Below are positions 61,346 to 64,000 of a stretch of DNA of 64,000 nt, piece by piece (within the stretch, counting starts at the first letter, position 1; each line of letters begins with the position of its first letter). The position numbers and the translations under genes are program-made. Source of the stretch: Antedon mediterranea (taxonomy: Eukaryota; Animalia; Echinodermata); contig NC_092672.1 of NCBI RefSeq assembly GCF_964355755.1, positions 11,532,001 through 11,596,000 of the forward strand, written 5' to 3'. The notes beneath the pieces are model-generated. The model was not told the origin of the DNA and made no database searches. It saw nothing but the letters and a program-made list of their open reading frames with translations.

Positions 61346-62336
61346 CCTCACGGTGAGTATAGGTAGATTTTGTCTTATTTTGAACTCTTATTATATTGGA
61401 TTAACTGATAATAATAGCTGGTATTTTGTGGTAAAATGCATTGCTTTATTTAGTAGGCCTATAATACGTCTGCATTATTATAACACATCATAGCCAAGTT
61501 TTATTTTAATTATTTAAGGTTAATAAATGGTTATGGTTATGTTATGATTTGGGTCTAAAAAAACACATTTTATAAACAAAATGAGATTCGTCGAATAACC
61601 AGATTAGTTTAAATCTCTAATGTAGGCAAATCTTTTGTTTCAGAGAGTAAGTCTCTGATAAATGTGCAGAAACATGTAAACCTTCGTTCAAGAAGATTCT
61701 AGGCGAGGCCACACTTAAAAAAGAGAATAAAATGTGCTTCGATTCTGTTCTTTATTGTTCAAATTGTAAATGTACAAGAGAGTCTTAATGAACGACAATG
61801 GGCATGTGGTTAGCATCGATCGGTTAGTTTCTAAAACTTGTTACTTGGTAAAATAGAATTTTGCCAAGTACTGTAGGCCTAGTATTTATTTTGTCAAGTA
61901 CTTTCTGAGTGCTTTCATTGAATGATTAAAAACCTGTGTTGAAATGTTCTTATACTCTTGGGAAAGTGAATAGGCCTAAAATTAAACTTATCAGGAGGCA
62001 AGAAGATTGCTTATATATGTTAATGGCTACAAAAACTAGAAAAAGAAGACTGAAACACTAAAAAGTGAACAATTAACCATAATACTGGAATTGCATAGTT
62101 ATGTGTAAATAGTGTGCGCTATACAAAATAAAGCTAAAAAAAATACAAACTTCATAAAAATCCTTATAATTATAATACATTATTTTACAGAAAATTAAAA
62201 TTAATACTGTAAAACACATTTTATATGTTCATGTTCGTAACAGTACTGTTATTTATTTTATTTTTGAAATTTACCATTTAAAAAAAAATAAAGTTTTTGC
62301 TTATAAATATATACTGTTTATTTGTGTTTACAATAC

Positions 62337-63187
62337 CTTGTTTATTTATAATACTGTTTCCTTCTCGCACCTTTGTTTTTTTAACCGTGATTGGCTCCTG
62401 AGAATTTACTGTTCGTTTGAAACACCTTCACTACTATTTTTACTGGCTCTAGACATTTTACTCTTCTTAAGATCGCCCTGTGATTTATTCTTTATTTTTG
62501 ACATTTCCTTTTCTGTGTCAGATTTTTTATTTTCATACCAGTGATTTCTTCTCCTTCCATTTTCGAACCTTTCATTTTTATAATCTTTTTTAATAGATTG
62601 AGCAAAATGGGTATCATGTGGTGGATATCTACCGAATTCAGTTTCATTACTATTACTGTTACCATTAACAGCCTGATCAGTATGTTGGTAAGTGGTCGAC
62701 TTTTTCCATCTGAATTGTTCATGGTTTTTGTAATGTTTGTTTACAAACACCCTGTCTTTCCCTTCAACCTTAAATGGACCTTTCTTTTGGTTCCTATGTT
62801 TTCCACTATTTAATAAACATTCCTTATATCTGTCAGCGGCTGACCGGTTGGTGGAACATGCCATTGGTAGTAGAGGGGCAGACTCTTTATTAAACTCATT
62901 TGGAGAAAATGAACCTCTCTCTGTAGATTTATCTGATGGTGGAAATTGCACCAGTTGAGAACCTGAAGTTGGTAATAGCGAGGTTGTTGGTGTTGGTTGC
63001 AGAGGAGCTGATCCCTCTTTAAACTTATTTGGTAGTGGAAGTGAACCAGAATGTTCTGTTAAGTTACCTGATGTTGGTAACACTAATGGTGATTGAGCAA
63101 ATTGTATTGGGGATGGTTTAAAGTTGTCCACAACCTCAGACTGCAAGTCATTTCCAGTTTCAGTCCATTTAGGCAAACTTTCATCAA
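62337..63187 (-). pseudogene. Large coding-like exon (low-complexity S/P/K/N-rich protein), either terminal (stop at 62408-62406) or frameshifted internal exon
   Basis: 256-codon open frame, the longest non-repeat ORF in the window; phase-1 acceptor TTTCACATACAG at 63188; internal peptide repeat LPTSG...PN.F...SAPL.P; donor AAG|GTATTG at 62337/62336. No family recognised. Confidence 0.55.
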
Positions 63188-63397
63188 CTGTATGTGAAAT
63201 AAAATTTATTTATTTTTTATGCTCTTGTCAGAAAATTTAGTTATGTGCTAGCTAATTCAACATCAATAGAGACATCTATGACACTGTAATAATGAGGGAA
63301 TAAATACTATATAAAACAAGGGTATGGTGACTACAAGAACACAGAACGCTCATTGAGAACTGGAAATCCATTCATGAAAAATGATCAAATACATGAT

Positions 63398-63690
63398 GAA
63401 AGATGTACTGTATTCCAAAAAAAAGATTTAAAAAAAAGATATTGAACGGGTCATTTCGCAGTTTTAACAAATGTAATCAAGTCCATAGAAAAAAAAATAT
63501 AAGAAATAGTTTTCACTTATAAAAAGACATAATAAACGTTAAAATTCAACCAAAAACTCATTTACTTCCTATTAATTTGAATATTTTTGTGTTAAACTAC
63601 AGTTTCTTCAGGTAAATATTTTTTTTTTCGATCACATTTTTGGTCAAAGTGAATAACTATTGTGACATTAAAATTAAAAACATATTTTAA
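63398..63690 (+). mobile_element. Second diverged copy of the 25242-25560 repeat
   Basis: Colinear similarity blocks with 25242-25560 in the same orientation. Confidence 0.6.
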
Positions 63691-64000
63691 ACAAGTACAC
63701 TAGTTTTATTTTATATCAAAGTATTCAGTGGATCTTCTAATAACAATTAATTATATTAAATTATTATACTTAATTTCAAAGAAAACATCAGAAAATCTCA
63801 CAAAGAATTAAACACTTACGTATGTGTATTATAATGAGGAATGCAAACTGGCATTTTATTCTAAAATATTTGCCAGTTCGTGGTTCACATGGATCTTACA
63901 TGTACACTGATTACAAAATACAGAATAAATGATAAAATAATATATATCAATAAAGATATAAAATCAAAATATTGGTTTTAATCAAAGTAATGTCTTACAT

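Overview
AT-rich eukaryotic (metazoan, probably invertebrate) genomic DNA. It is not prokaryotic, and almost all ORFs in the track are chance or repeat-derived. The dominant feature is a ~31-kb head-to-tail tandem array of ~171 intronless tRNA-Leu genes (26559-57732, + strand, hand count), with units of ~174 or ~185 bp. The array mixes AAG and TAG isoacceptors, has higher-order repeats, and carries rare variants: one CAG gene, three copies with a Pro-type AGG anticodon on a Leu body, three anticodon-arm deletions, and a dead B-box subfamily. A strongly purine-rich tract abuts the array on the left. The flanks hold non-autonomous mobile elements (tRNA-derived Deu/Nin-domain SINEs, a Harbinger-like foldback MITE, a Helentron/HINE-like element, Kolobok-like fragments), the probable 5' end of a minus-strand gene for a secreted protein (~17.1-18.0 kb), and a frameshifted two-exon gene relic at 60.3-63.2 kb. 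The flanks are also saturated with TA-(3-4 nt)-TA motifs, including 33 exact TAGGCCTA copies counted by eye. Paired filled and empty sites suggest these are DNA-transposon excision footprints.
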